DNA from: Patescibacteria group bacterium
GTDB taxonomy: Bacteria; Patescibacteriota; Patescibacteriia; 2-12-FULL-57-11
Length of the DNA: 64,000 nucleotides
NCBI GenBank assembly: GCA_004297205.1
Contig: SCUL01000002.1
Coordinates: 188,594-252,593, forward strand
Direction: 5' to 3'
Shown: positions 53,004 to 62,456 of the stretch, piece by piece
Layout: each line of letters begins with the position of its first letter
Numbering within the stretch: position 1 is the stretch's first letter
Translations under genes and position numbers: made by a program
The notes under the pieces: model-generated
What the model was told of the DNA's origin: nothing
What the model saw: only the letters and a program-made list of their open reading frames with translations
Database searches by the model: none

Positions 53004-54095
53004 TCACCACCACAACAACAGCCTGCAGATCCTCCAATACAGCGTCATGAGCGGATTGCCGATCCAGGTGAGGATCGGATTGGAAATTTCCTGGTAATCG
53101 ACGATCGTTGCGAAGCCGGCGGTGACCGCGCGGTCCGACGTCTTCCGCAGTTTCTGATTCCGACCTCGCGCGACGAACAACTCCCGCCAATGTTTCGCAT
53201 GAAGGAAGTAGCCGTAGACGCGAAACTTTTCCCTCCCCCATCCGCGCATGATGCCGAACGGCAGCATGCCGAGCTCGAGCGCGAGGAGCATGGGTGCGAT
53301 GAGCACGAGCGTTGCAGCGCGGTAGCACATCAGCATCACCAGGAAACGGTTGCGCTCCATCCAGTAGTATTTGCTGATGCTCCGCGAAAATTCGTACTTG
53401 TGCCAAATCACGGCGTCCGGAACGAAGCGGAGCTTCCAGCCGGCCAGCCGCAGCCGCCAGGAGAGTTCGACGTCCTCGTGGTAGGCAAACAGCGCTTCGT
53501 CGAGCATGCCGACCTCGCGCACCGCGGGCGCGGAGAGCACCATGGCCGCGCCGGAGACGGACACCAGGTCGCGCGGCTTCAGGAACGGCGCGAGGCGCGG
53601 ATCGTCGCGTTTCAGACGATAGCCGTCGCAGTAGCTCATGCCCAGGTAGTGGATGGCGTTGCCCACCGAGTTCACGCGGTCGGTGTCCGGATGAAGAATC
53701 ATCAGCGGCTGCAGGCAACCCACCGTTGCGTCCCCTGCCGCGGCGGCAAGCTTCGTCAGCGTGTCCGGCGCGATCTCGGTGTCCGGGTTGAGCAGGAACA
53801 GCCAGTCGTACCCCTCGGCCAACGCCTGCGCCATGCAGTCGTTGTTGCCGCCGGCAAAACCGCGGTTGGTCGGGCTCTTGATGAGCGCGCATGGGAATCC
53901 GCCCTTGGTCTTTGTGCCGCTCTCATCGAGCATGCCCCGCACGACCGCGAACGTGTCGTCAGGCGACTGGTTGTCGAGCAACCAAATCTTCACCTGGTCC
54001 TTCGGATAGGTCATCCGGTCGAGCGACGCGAACAACGCCGGCATGAAGCGGGCGTGGCCCCAGGAAACGGTGATGATGGAGAACTTTGGGATCAT
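53004..54095 (-). CDS. GT2 glycosyltransferase (rhamnosyltransferase-like)
   Basis: DNQSPD, NRGFAGGNN, LLNPD, YHEDVE. Confidence 0.92.
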   Translation of the reverse strand: MIPKFSIITVSWGHARFMPALFASLDRMTYPKDQVKIWLLDNQSPDDTFAVVRGMLDESGTKTKGGFPCALIKSPTNRGFAGGNNDCMAQALAEGYDWLFLLNPDTEIAPDTLTKLAAAAGDATVGCLQPLMILHPDTDRVNSVGNAIHYLGMSYCDGYRLKRDDPRLAPFLKPRDLVSVSGAAMVLSAPAVREVGMLDEALFAYHEDVELSWRLRLAGWKLRFVPDAVIWHKYEFSRSISKYYWMERNRFLVMLMCYRAATLVLIAPMLLALELGMLPFGIMRGWGREKFRVYGYFLHAKHWRELFVARGRNQKLRKTSDRAVTAGFATIVDYQEISNPILTWIGNPLMTLYWRICRLLLWW

Positions 54096-54106
54096 GTCGA
54101 AAGTAT

Positions 54107-54197
54107 TGTCATTCTGAGCGGAGCGAAGAATCTCTCCAGGTCCTGTCAGGGCCCTTGCATGAACTGGCAGGATCCTTCACTACCGTTCAGGATGACA
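54107..54197. repeat. Intergenic palindromic element (GTCATT family)
   Basis: TGTCATTCTGAGCGG...CCGTTCAGGATGACA; related to 35421-35502. Confidence 0.8.
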
Positions 54198-54199
54198 GA

Positions 54200-54541
54200 C
54201 TATTGTTTCTTCTCGGAACGCAGCAGGGCGATCTCGCGGACCAGCGCGGTGATCTCGCGTTCCTGGCGTTCCAGGCGCAAGTAAATTCGGAAGACGAGAA
54301 GGACCAATGCGAGCACGGCCAGGAACATCAGCGCGTCCACGCCGCGACCGATGCCAAGCAGCCGGGCAAAGACGTCCGTCTGCTGGGGCAGTTGCACGAC
54401 GACCGCGATTGCCAGCCACAGAAGCGTCCATCCGGCGAAGAGGCCGGTCGGCAATTCCCGACGGCGCCAACGCAGGAAGGCGCCAGCAACAGCCAGCAAC
54501 CCGATAATCGGAATTGAGATTTTGACGAGGAGGAGGTTCAT
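54200..54541 (-). CDS. DUF2304 membrane protein
   Basis: LGIGRGVD, IT.LVREIAL; follows DPM-like GT2. Confidence 0.85.
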   Translation of the reverse strand: MNLLLVKISIPIIGLLAVAGAFLRWRRRELPTGLFAGWTLLWLAIAVVVQLPQQTDVFARLLGIGRGVDALMFLAVLALVLLVFRIYLRLERQEREITALVREIALLRSEKKQ

Positions 54542-55206
54542 CGCAGTGCGCGGCGAAGAATGAGGCGGCCCAAGGTCTTCAATCCCATCATGAAACTCTG
54601 CCCCTTGGAAAGCGAGTAGGCGGTGTAGACGCTCTTGATCGGCACTTCCACGAGCCGCAGCTTGTGGCGGAAGATTTCGGCCACGATCTCGGACGAGACT
54701 TCCATGCGGTCGGTGCGGATCTGGATCTGCTCGGCAGCGGCGCGGGAAAAGGCGCGCAGACCGGACTGCGAATCGGAGACGTGTGCGCCGAAGAGCACGG
54801 CAGTCACGGCGTTGCCGATACGGTTGGCCACGCGCCGGACGAAGGGCATCCCCTCTTTCGTGAGCATTCGGCTGCCGATCACCACGTCGGCCTTCCCTTC
54901 TTTGATGGGTGCCAACACCGCGGGTACGTCGTCCGGCCGGTGCTGCCCGTCGGCGTCGAAGGTCAGGATGATGTCGGCGCCCTCCGCGAGCGCGGCGCGG
55001 ATCCCCGTGGCGATCGATGCACCCAACCCGCGGTTCAGAACGTGACGGACGACGCGCGCCCCACGCGCTGCGGCGATCTCCCCCGTGGCGTCGGTCGAAC
55101 CGTCGTCCACGACAATGACCGCGTCGACGCGCGGCAAAAGGCCACCGAGGACCTCCCCGATGGCCTGCGCTTCATTCCATGCTGGAACGACGACAACGAT
55201 CTTCAT
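54538..55206 (-). CDS. GT2 polyprenol-phosphate glycosyltransferase (DPM1-like)
   Basis: PAWNE, VDDGSTD, FDADGQH, GSR, DSQSGLR. Confidence 0.92.
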   Translation of the reverse strand: MKIVVVVPAWNEAQAIGEVLGGLLPRVDAVIVVDDGSTDATGEIAAARGARVVRHVLNRGLGASIATGIRAALAEGADIILTFDADGQHRPDDVPAVLAPIKEGKADVVIGSRMLTKEGMPFVRRVANRIGNAVTAVLFGAHVSDSQSGLRAFSRAAAEQIQIRTDRMEVSSEIVAEIFRHKLRLVEVPIKSVYTAYSLSKGQSFMMGLKTLGRLILRRALR

Positions 55207-55228
55207 AATCGAATACACGTGCCTGGTG

Positions 55229-55603
55229 CTAAGATCCGGAGCGCGCGTCAAGATTCCCTCGCGAGGTCCGATACTTGTTCCAGAGATCCATGAAGATATC
55301 CTTTCGTACTCTTCCGAGTTTTTTCGCCCATGCATGGATGTCCTCTGACGACACATCGACGACATGAGCCACTTGATCGGCCGTTTCGGGAGATTGTTCT
55401 AAAAAATACCGCTGGAGTACATCGCACAGGCACGTCGTCTCTTCGTCGAAATGTTTCAACGTCATGTCCGACTTCGCTTCCCAAAGCTGGTCAATCACGT
55501 CATCGACACGCCGACTGGTCTCCTCCAACTTCATGATCACCCATTGCTTCCGTTCATAGAAGTCGGGTGACGGCTGTCGATATGGCCCTTCTCCGGTTTT
55601 CAT
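55229..55603 (-). CDS. Hypothetical protein
   Basis: ATGA-coupled to upstream gene; lower GC. Confidence 0.55.
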   Translation of the reverse strand: MKTGEGPYRQPSPDFYERKQWVIMKLEETSRRVDDVIDQLWEAKSDMTLKHFDEETTCLCDVLQRYFLEQSPETADQVAHVVDVSSEDIHAWAKKLGRVRKDIFMDLWNKYRTSRGNLDARSGS

Positions 55604-56619
55604 GTGCCGAAAGAAATCAGGGAGCGATGCGCCTGCGTGTAGTCGATGGCCTGCTTCAAGCCGTCCTCGAGGCGTACGAGCGGCAGCCAGCCCAGGCGCT
55701 CCTTGGCCTTGGTGACGTCCGGCAGCCCGAGCGGGGTCAGGAACATCAGCGCCGGCTCGAAGACGATCTTGGACTGCGAGTTGGTCAGCTTCAGGATGAG
55801 GTTGGCGACGTCGAAAATCTTGACGTCATGGTCGGTGCCGAGGTTGACCGGACCGATGTTGGCCGGCGCCTTCATGAGCTTCATCAAACCGTCGACGATG
55901 TCGCCGACGTAGGTCAGCGAGGTGGTGAAGTTCTCGTCGCCGTAGATGGTGAGCTTCTCGCCGTCGATGGCGTTGATGATGAAATCGGAGAACAGCTCGC
56001 CGTCGAACAGGCGCTGCCGCGGGCCGTAGGTGCGGAAGATGCGGGCGTTCTTGGCGTCCAGGCCGTAGACGTCGGCATAGGTCTGGACCATCGTCTCGCC
56101 GAAGCGCTTGCCTTCGTCGTAGCAGCCGCGCGGCGTGAGGTGGCTGACCGCGCCGATGTCGTCCTCGCGGAAGGGCAGGCCGTCCGGACGGCGCGGACCG
56201 TAGACCACGGAGCTCGAGGCGTAGACGACCTTGGCCTTGTGCTTCACGGCCATGTCGAGCACGTGGCGCGTGCCGATGCAGTTCGTGAGCAAGGTGTCCA
56301 TCCGGAACTGGTCGAAATTCTTGATGCTGGTGGGGCAGGCCAGGTGGTAGATCTCCTGCACGCCCTGGAACTTCACCTTGAACTTCTCCAGCTCCGAAAA
56401 CTGTTCCAGCTCGAACGGCTCGTTGATGTTCCAGCGGATGAACTCGAAGTTCGGATTCTGGAGGAGATGGTCGATGTTGTTCTCCGAGGAGTTGATGAAG
56501 CTGTCCAGGCAGATGACCTTGGAGTCCTTCAACAGCTTTTCGCAGAGGTGCGACCCGATGAATCCGGCCCCGCCGGTCACGAGCACGTTCTTCTTTTCAA
56601 AAATGGGAGTGACGGGCAT
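55600..56619 (-). CDS. UDP-glucuronate decarboxylase-like SDR
   Basis: GGAGFIGSHL, IYHLACP, CYDEGKR, RIFRTYGPR. Confidence 0.88.
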   Translation of the reverse strand: MPVTPIFEKKNVLVTGGAGFIGSHLCEKLLKDSKVICLDSFINSSENNIDHLLQNPNFEFIRWNINEPFELEQFSELEKFKVKFQGVQEIYHLACPTSIKNFDQFRMDTLLTNCIGTRHVLDMAVKHKAKVVYASSSVVYGPRRPDGLPFREDDIGAVSHLTPRGCYDEGKRFGETMVQTYADVYGLDAKNARIFRTYGPRQRLFDGELFSDFIINAIDGEKLTIYGDENFTTSLTYVGDIVDGLMKLMKAPANIGPVNLGTDHDVKIFDVANLILKLTNSQSKIVFEPALMFLTPLGLPDVTKAKERLGWLPLVRLEDGLKQAIDYTQAHRSLISFGT

Positions 56620-56623
56620 AGGT

Positions 56624-57064
56624 TCACGGTACGTCTACCGGCCCAGTATACGGGCCGCCGGGCGCCGCGGACAAGCCGCGGAACGTCCAAAGCTTCTGGC
56701 CGGCAAAGTTCCAAACCGCGGTCACGGCGAGGGCGCCGACTTTCGCGGTCAGATCGTACAGCCCCAGCACCGAGATGCCGAGGTGCAGGACGAGCGAGTT
56801 GAGGCCCAGGCCGACCAGCGTCACCGCCAGGAACCGCGGGAATTGGGCGCGGTGAGAGCCGTGGTTGGCGCGGAAGGTGACGCGCCGGTGCATGACGTAG
56901 GCCCAGGCCACCGCCACGGCGAACGAGCAGGCGTTGGCAACCAGATATTGCTCGCGGAAGAACGGCAGGCCGCGGGTCAGCGCGTAATAGCCGAACCAAT
57001 CGACCGCCGTGGCAGACAGGCCCACCAGCCCGTAGCGCACGGCCTGCCAGAACAGGGCCCGCAT
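56624..57064 (-). CDS. GtrA family flippase-like protein
   Basis: RYGLVG, RR.TFR, RFLAV, WNF..QK.WTF. Confidence 0.88.
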   Translation of the reverse strand: MRALFWQAVRYGLVGLSATAVDWFGYYALTRGLPFFREQYLVANACSFAVAVAWAYVMHRRVTFRANHGSHRAQFPRFLAVTLVGLGLNSLVLHLGISVLGLYDLTAKVGALAVTAVWNFAGQKLWTFRGLSAAPGGPYTGPVDVP

Positions 57065-57067
57065 ATG

Positions 57068-59323
57068 TTAGAGCCCAAGCCCGGTGGCCGGCGCCACGCC
57101 GATCGGCCCCGCGGCCGTGCCGGCGCCCAACAGCGTTTCCTTGAGCAGCTTGCCGATCACGTCATAGCTGCGGATGACGAGGCGCGAGGTGGGCTGGATG
57201 CCCAGCAGCAGGTCGTCGCGGCCGTCGCCGTTGACCTCCCCGAGCGCGAACTGGAAGCCTTTGCCGAAGCCTTCGATTTCGATCTCCCCGACGCCGATGC
57301 CGAAGGCCGTCACGAAACGGATGCGGCTGCCGTTGGTGACGTCGAGCAGACCGATATCGTCGCGTCCGTCGCCGTTGACGTCGCCGACGGCAACCAGATA
57401 GCCGGTACGCAGGTCGGTGCGGTCGGCGAAGAAGCTGGCGAGCGCCTGGCCGTCGCCCGCAAAGACGCGGATGTGCGGCCCGCCGCCGGAGGCCGGCGCG
57501 GTCACGATGTCGGCGTCCCCGTCGCCATCGACGTCCCCCGCCGCGATGCGCACGCCGCCGCGGAAGCCGGACGCGTACGCCAGGAAATTCGCTTTGCGCA
57601 CGCCCGTCGCGGAAAAGACGCGGACTTCCGGCGCGCGGTACCCCGTCGGCGACGTGATGATGTCCGCGATGCCGTCGCCGTCCATGTCGGCCAAGGCCAG
57701 CGCCACGCCGCCGCGGTAAGCCGTCTCGTAGGCGAAGAACTCGGATTTCAACTTGCCGCCCAATGACCAGACGCGCACGTGGGGTCCGCCGGTGGTTCCC
57801 GGCACGGTCACGATTTCGAAATTGCCGTCGCCGTCCACGTCCGCCATCTGCGCGGTGACGCCGCCGCGGAAGGTCGCCCCGTAGGCCAGAAATGACGACA
57901 GATTGCCGCCGTCGATGCGCCAGAGTGCGACTTCGGGCGCGAGTCCTGCACCGTTGGCGGTCACGATGGCCTGAAGAGCGGTCGTGGGGACGGGAATAGG
58001 TTCCGGTGGCACGCCCGGAGCGGGTGTCGGCGCCGGTGCGGGTGCCGACGGCTGGGACGTCAGCATGGTCATGGCCCGCGCCACGTTGAGGCGTCCTCGA
58101 CCGAGTTTTCCCGCGTATGTCGGGTTGGCCGGGTCGATGCCGTCGGCGCTGTTCAAGAGCGCGTCGCGCAGCTGCGGCAGGGTCAGACCCGGACTGGCCG
58201 ACTTGAGGAGCGCGGCCGCCCCCGCCACGAGCGGCGCCGCGAGCGACGTCCCCCGGTAAAAGCCGCCGTACGACGCGTCGAAGCCGGGCTGGGCGTCGTT
58301 CTTCACCAGCGTGCTGAAGATGCGGATGCCGGGCGCGGAAATGTCCACGCAACGGCGTCCGAAGTCGGAAAATGTCGCTTTCTTGTCCGCTTCGTCCGTT
58401 GCGGCCACGCCAAGCACCCAGTTCTCCCCGTTCGGCCCGTCGGAACAGGCCGGGTAGAGCGGCGTGACATCCAGGTCATTGCCGCCGTTCTGCGTCAGAT
58501 CGTTGCCGGCCGCGGCCACGACGAGGATGCCGGCCTCGGCGGCGCGGCGGATGGCATCGTCCAAAATGGAGCTGCGGTTCGAGCCGGAGAAGCTGAGCGA
58601 GATGACATTGGCGCCGTTCTTGATGGCGTAATTGATGCCGTCGACCACGTGGACCACGTCGCCGACGCCGGAGCTGGAGAGGACGCGCAGCGGCATGATC
58701 GAGACGCGCCAGTTCACTCCCGCGATGCCGGCGCCGTTGCCGCCGACCGCACCGATCTCCCCGGCGATGAGCGTGCCGTGGTGGATGCCGCCGTCCGTGA
58801 AGGACTCAAAGGCCGGCGAGACGGTATTGTTGCCATCGTAAAAATTCCAGCCGTTGATGTCGTCGACCAGCCCGTTACCGTCGTTGTCGCGGCCGTCAAG
58901 CAGCTCGCGCGGATTCCTCCAGATGTTTTCCCGCAAGTCCGGATGCGTGATGTCGACGCCCGTGTCGAGAATGGCCACGGTCACGGAGGTGTTGCCCACC
59001 GAACGCTCCCAGGCGGTCGGCGCGCTGATTTTCTGCAGATACCACTGTTCGTTGAAAAACGTGTCGTTGGCGGCGAGCGCGCTGACCTTGTAGGTGGCCA
59101 GACGCTCGGCGTGGGCGACCTCCGACATGGCTGCGAGCGACGCGAGCGTCGCGTCCGCATCCGCCGCCGGCACGGTCAGACGCGCCGGGGCGTCGGCGCC
59201 GCGGAACTGGACGGCCAGGGTCACCGGCCGTTCCGTCGCCGCGGTGGCCGGAAGAAAACGGAACACCGTCACCACGGCGAGCGCGGCGACGGCGAGACGA
59301 TGGCGGGTACGGACCTCCTGCAT
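57068..59323 (-). CDS. Secreted S8 (subtilisin-like) peptidase with C-terminal FG-GAP repeats
   Basis: ILDTG, HHGT, AAAGN, GTSLAAP; Pro linker; repeated GDVDGDG/GGPH.RV units; start uncertain. Confidence 0.92.
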   Translation of the reverse strand: MQEVRTRHRLAVAALAVVTVFRFLPATAATERPVTLAVQFRGADAPARLTVPAADADATLASLAAMSEVAHAERLATYKVSALAANDTFFNEQWYLQKISAPTAWERSVGNTSVTVAILDTGVDITHPDLRENIWRNPRELLDGRDNDGNGLVDDINGWNFYDGNNTVSPAFESFTDGGIHHGTLIAGEIGAVGGNGAGIAGVNWRVSIMPLRVLSSSGVGDVVHVVDGINYAIKNGANVISLSFSGSNRSSILDDAIRRAAEAGILVVAAAGNDLTQNGGNDLDVTPLYPACSDGPNGENWVLGVAATDEADKKATFSDFGRRCVDISAPGIRIFSTLVKNDAQPGFDASYGGFYRGTSLAAPLVAGAAALLKSASPGLTLPQLRDALLNSADGIDPANPTYAGKLGRGRLNVARAMTMLTSQPSAPAPAPTPAPGVPPEPIPVPTTALQAIVTANGAGLAPEVALWRIDGGNLSSFLAYGATFRGGVTAQMADVDGDGNFEIVTVPGTTGGPHVRVWSLGGKLKSEFFAYETAYRGGVALALADMDGDGIADIITSPTGYRAPEVRVFSATGVRKANFLAYASGFRGGVRIAAGDVDGDGDADIVTAPASGGGPHIRVFAGDGQALASFFADRTDLRTGYLVAVGDVNGDGRDDIGLLDVTNGSRIRFVTAFGIGVGEIEIEGFGKGFQFALGEVNGDGRDDLLLGIQPTSRLVIRSYDVIGKLLKETLLGAGTAAGPIGVAPATGLGL

Positions 59324-59330
59324 GATGGGC

Positions 59331-60023
59331 TCAGGGTTGCGCTTCAATCTGACGCTTCAGGGACGCGATTTTTTCTTCAAAGCCCGGGTGCTTCGTGGCA
59401 AGAAGCTGATAATAGACGAGCGCTTCTTTCAGACGCCCCAGCGATTCAAGATACATGGCCAACGACTGGACGAGCGGCGCGTTGTCGACAAGCCGGTCGA
59501 GACCGAGCCGGTAGACGTCGATGATGTCCTTGCTTTCCCGCTGCAGGTCCGTGTGCAGCACCTCCACGAGGAGGATGTACAGCTGTGGATCGCCGGGGTT
59601 CACCTCGATGGCCTGCCGGAGGACCCGCTCCGCATCCTCCGGACGTTTTGCCAAGCGCAGCGCGGTCGCCAGGTTTTGGAGCAGGAGGCTGTTCTTTCCG
59701 TCCGAGGCGGCCACGCCGCGCTCATACGCTTCAATCGCCCGGTTGTAATGGCGCACGTCCGCCGTCACGTCCCCGACCGCCTTCCACAAGTTTCCGAGGC
59801 TCAACAGGAGTTCCACGTCTTCGCCGCGCTCCGCAATCTGCGTGTTCCGTTCCCTGATGGCCGCGTACGTTTCCGCGACGCGGGCATCATTGCGCAGCGC
59901 CTCGTCAAGACGCGCCTCTTGGCGCGCCTGCATCCAGTCACGCCCCAAGAAAAGCCAGCCGGCGGTACCGGCGACGGCGATGCCAAGGACGACGAGAACG
60001 GCGACGAGGATCCGTGTGCGCAT
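59331..60023 (-). CDS. Membrane-anchored TPR protein
   Basis: N-terminal TM; AIEAYERG, NLATAL, AIEVNPGD. Confidence 0.78.
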   Translation of the reverse strand: MRTRILVAVLVVLGIAVAGTAGWLFLGRDWMQARQEARLDEALRNDARVAETYAAIRERNTQIAERGEDVELLLSLGNLWKAVGDVTADVRHYNRAIEAYERGVAASDGKNSLLLQNLATALRLAKRPEDAERVLRQAIEVNPGDPQLYILLVEVLHTDLQRESKDIIDVYRLGLDRLVDNAPLVQSLAMYLESLGRLKEALVYYQLLATKHPGFEEKIASLKRQIEAQP

Positions 60024-60082
60024 ACTTGATACGAAGGCATTCATGTGGTACGTTCCGCACGATTTCCTCCCTAGAAAACCAC

Positions 60083-61462
60083 ATGGAACAGCGCATTGTC
60101 AAACTGAAACGGTCGTTACTCGTGTGCGGCGACGTGGTCGTGCTCTACACGTCGCTCTGGTTGGCCGTCTGGCTGCGCGGCGCAATCGACGGCGGCGCGC
60201 GCTTCACGTTCTCCGACCACGTGCTCCCCTATTCCTTCGTGTTCGCCCTGTGGCTTGCCGCCTTCTCCGCGAACGGCCTGTACGACCTTTCTCTGGCGCG
60301 GAACAACCTGCGCTTCGTCCGCGTCTTCACCACCGCGCTCGGCGTGGGGGCCCTCCTCGCCATCGGCTTCTTCTACCTGACGCCGGTCGTGGCCATCGCG
60401 CCGAAGACCACGCTCCTGCTCCACCTGGCGGTGTTCGCCGCGCTGTTCGTGCTCTGGCGCATCGCGGCCAACGCCTTCTTCTCCGGCGCGCTGCTGCGGA
60501 TCCGCGTGCTGTTCGTCGGCGAGAACGAAGAAATCCGCGAACTCGTCGCCGCATTCCGGGAGAATCCGGCGCTCGGCTACGACGTGGCCGGCGTCATCCT
60601 TGATGCCGCCTCGACGTGGCAGCCGGACGGCATCCCCGTGCTCGGGCGCGGCTTTGCGGAACTTCCCGCGCACATCCGGAACGCCCGCGCCGACTTGGTG
60701 GTCCTGGGCGTTTCGCCGCGGTCGTCCCCGGACCTGGCCCGCCACCTCTACGAAAGCATCTTCCTGAAAACACGTTTCGTCGACAGCATTCCGTTCGCCG
60801 AAACGATCACCCGCCGCGTGCCGGTGGCCTCCATCACGCACGTCTGGTTTTTAGAGAACCTGCGCGAGGCGGAAAAACGCGCCACGGACGCCATGAAGAG
60901 GTGCGCCGACATCCTGCTCGCCGCGTTGGGCGGACTCGCCTGTCTCGCCATCCTGCCGCCGGTCCTGCTGGCCATGCTTGCGCTGCAGGGACGTCCGCTG
61001 CTCTTCACGCAGTTGCGCGTCGGCCGCGGCGGCAAGCCGTTCAAGATGGTCAAGCTGCGTTCCATGGTCCGTGACGCCGAGAAAGACGGCGCCCAGTTCG
61101 CCGAGGCCGGCGACAAGCGCGTCACGCCGGTCGGCCGGTTCCTGCGCGCCACGCGCATCGACGAGATGCCGCAGCTCTGGAACGTCCTCGTCGGCGAGAT
61201 GAGCATGATCGGCCCGCGGCCGGAGCGGCCGGAGTTCGTGGCCGAGCTCGAGCGCGCCATGCCGTTCTACGCCATGCGCCATCTCATCCGCCCGGGGCTG
61301 ACCGGCTGGGCGCAGATCGAATTCCCGTACGCCAGCACCATCGAGCAGAACCTCAAAAAACTCCAATACGACCTCTACTACATCAAGCACCGCAGCATGA
61401 TCCTCGACGCCTTCATCCTGCTGCGGACGGTGCGCATCATCCTCGGCGCGCGCGGCCAGTAA
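60083..61462 (+). CDS. Polyprenyl-phosphate sugar phosphotransferase (WcaJ/WbaP family)
   Basis: KR..DI, KLRSM, RIDEMPQLWNVL.GEMS.IGPRPE, PGLTGWAQ, DLYYI. Confidence 0.94.
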   Translation: MEQRIVKLKRSLLVCGDVVVLYTSLWLAVWLRGAIDGGARFTFSDHVLPYSFVFALWLAAFSANGLYDLSLARNNLRFVRVFTTALGVGALLAIGFFYLTPVVAIAPKTTLLLHLAVFAALFVLWRIAANAFFSGALLRIRVLFVGENEEIRELVAAFRENPALGYDVAGVILDAASTWQPDGIPVLGRGFAELPAHIRNARADLVVLGVSPRSSPDLARHLYESIFLKTRFVDSIPFAETITRRVPVASITHVWFLENLREAEKRATDAMKRCADILLAALGGLACLAILPPVLLAMLALQGRPLLFTQLRVGRGGKPFKMVKLRSMVRDAEKDGAQFAEAGDKRVTPVGRFLRATRIDEMPQLWNVLVGEMSMIGPRPERPEFVAELERAMPFYAMRHLIRPGLTGWAQIEFPYASTIEQNLKKLQYDLYYIKHRSMILDAFILLRTVRIILGARGQ

Positions 61463-61465
61463 CAG

Positions 61466-61499
61466 CAAAACGTCCCGCCACGGCGGGACGTTTTGTTTT
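61466..61499. terminator. Bidirectional terminator
   Basis: CAAAACGTCCCGCC-AC-GGCGGGACGTTTTG. Confidence 0.85.
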
Positions 61500-62452
61500 C
61501 AGGATTGTCCGCGGTACCAGCGCACGAATTCCCCGAGCCCGCGCTCCAGAGAAAACCGGGGATCGTAGCCGAGCTCGGTCTTGGCGCGGGTGATGTCGGC
61601 ATAGGTGGCGGGCATGTCTTCCGGCCGCATCGGTTCCCAGACCACGGAGGCGCGCTTGCCCGTGGCCGTTTCGATGGCCTGGAGCAGGTCGCGCAGCGAG
61701 ACGGTCCGGAACTCGCCGAGATTGTAGACGCGGTAGCCATGCGGACGGTCGAGCGCGGCGAGCACGCCCTGCACGATGTCGGCGATGTAGGTGTGGTCGC
61801 GCGTGGACGAGCCGTCGCCGAAAGCTGTAATGGTCTCCCCCGCCTCGATGCGGCGCACGAACTGGTGGATGGCCATGTCGGGACGCTGTCCCGGGCCGTA
61901 GACGGAAAAGAAACGCAGCGCCGTCACCGGAATGCCGGTGATGCCCTGGAAAGACTCGGCGTAGCGCTCCATGGCCTGCTTGGAGGCGCCATACGGCGAC
62001 AGTGCCGCCTCGAGCGGCTCGTCTTCGCGGAACGGCTTGCCGTCCGTGCGTGTGCCATAGACGGACGAACTCGAGGCGACGACGGCATGCGCGCACCCCG
62101 CGGCGCGCGAAACCTCGAGCACCTGGACGGTGCCGAGCAGATTGAGATCGAAATAGAGGTACGGCAGCGCGAGAGAGGGTCGCACGCCGCCGCGGCCGGC
62201 GAGGTGCACGAGCCGGTGCGGGCCGATGCCGGCAAAGGCCGCGGACATGGCGGCCGCGTCGCGGATATCGGCCTCGATCAATCGGGCATTCGGGTGACCG
62301 AGGAACGGGGCGACGTTCCGGCGTTTGATGGCCGGATCGTAGTAGTCGTCGAAATTGTCAATGACGACGACGCGCTCTCCCCGGTCGAGGAGGGCGCGTA
62401 CGACGTGGCTGCCGATGAAGCCGGCGCCACCGGTGACGACGGTCTGAGCCAT
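61499..62452 (-). CDS. NAD-dependent epimerase (UDP-glucuronate 4-epimerase-like)
   Basis: GGAGFIG, DYYDPAIK, GVRPSL, YGASK, RPDMA. Confidence 0.9.
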   Translation of the reverse strand: MAQTVVTGGAGFIGSHVVRALLDRGERVVVIDNFDDYYDPAIKRRNVAPFLGHPNARLIEADIRDAAAMSAAFAGIGPHRLVHLAGRGGVRPSLALPYLYFDLNLLGTVQVLEVSRAAGCAHAVVASSSSVYGTRTDGKPFREDEPLEAALSPYGASKQAMERYAESFQGITGIPVTALRFFSVYGPGQRPDMAIHQFVRRIEAGETITAFGDGSSTRDHTYIADIVQGVLAALDRPHGYRVYNLGEFRTVSLRDLLQAIETATGKRASVVWEPMRPEDMPATYADITRAKTELGYDPRFSLERGLGEFVRWYRGQS

Positions 62453-62456
62453 AGAA

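Noticed and set aside
57150..57900. GCCGTCGCCGT-like DNA repeats
   Set aside because: They encode the FG-GAP GDxDGDG protein repeats of the S8 peptidase
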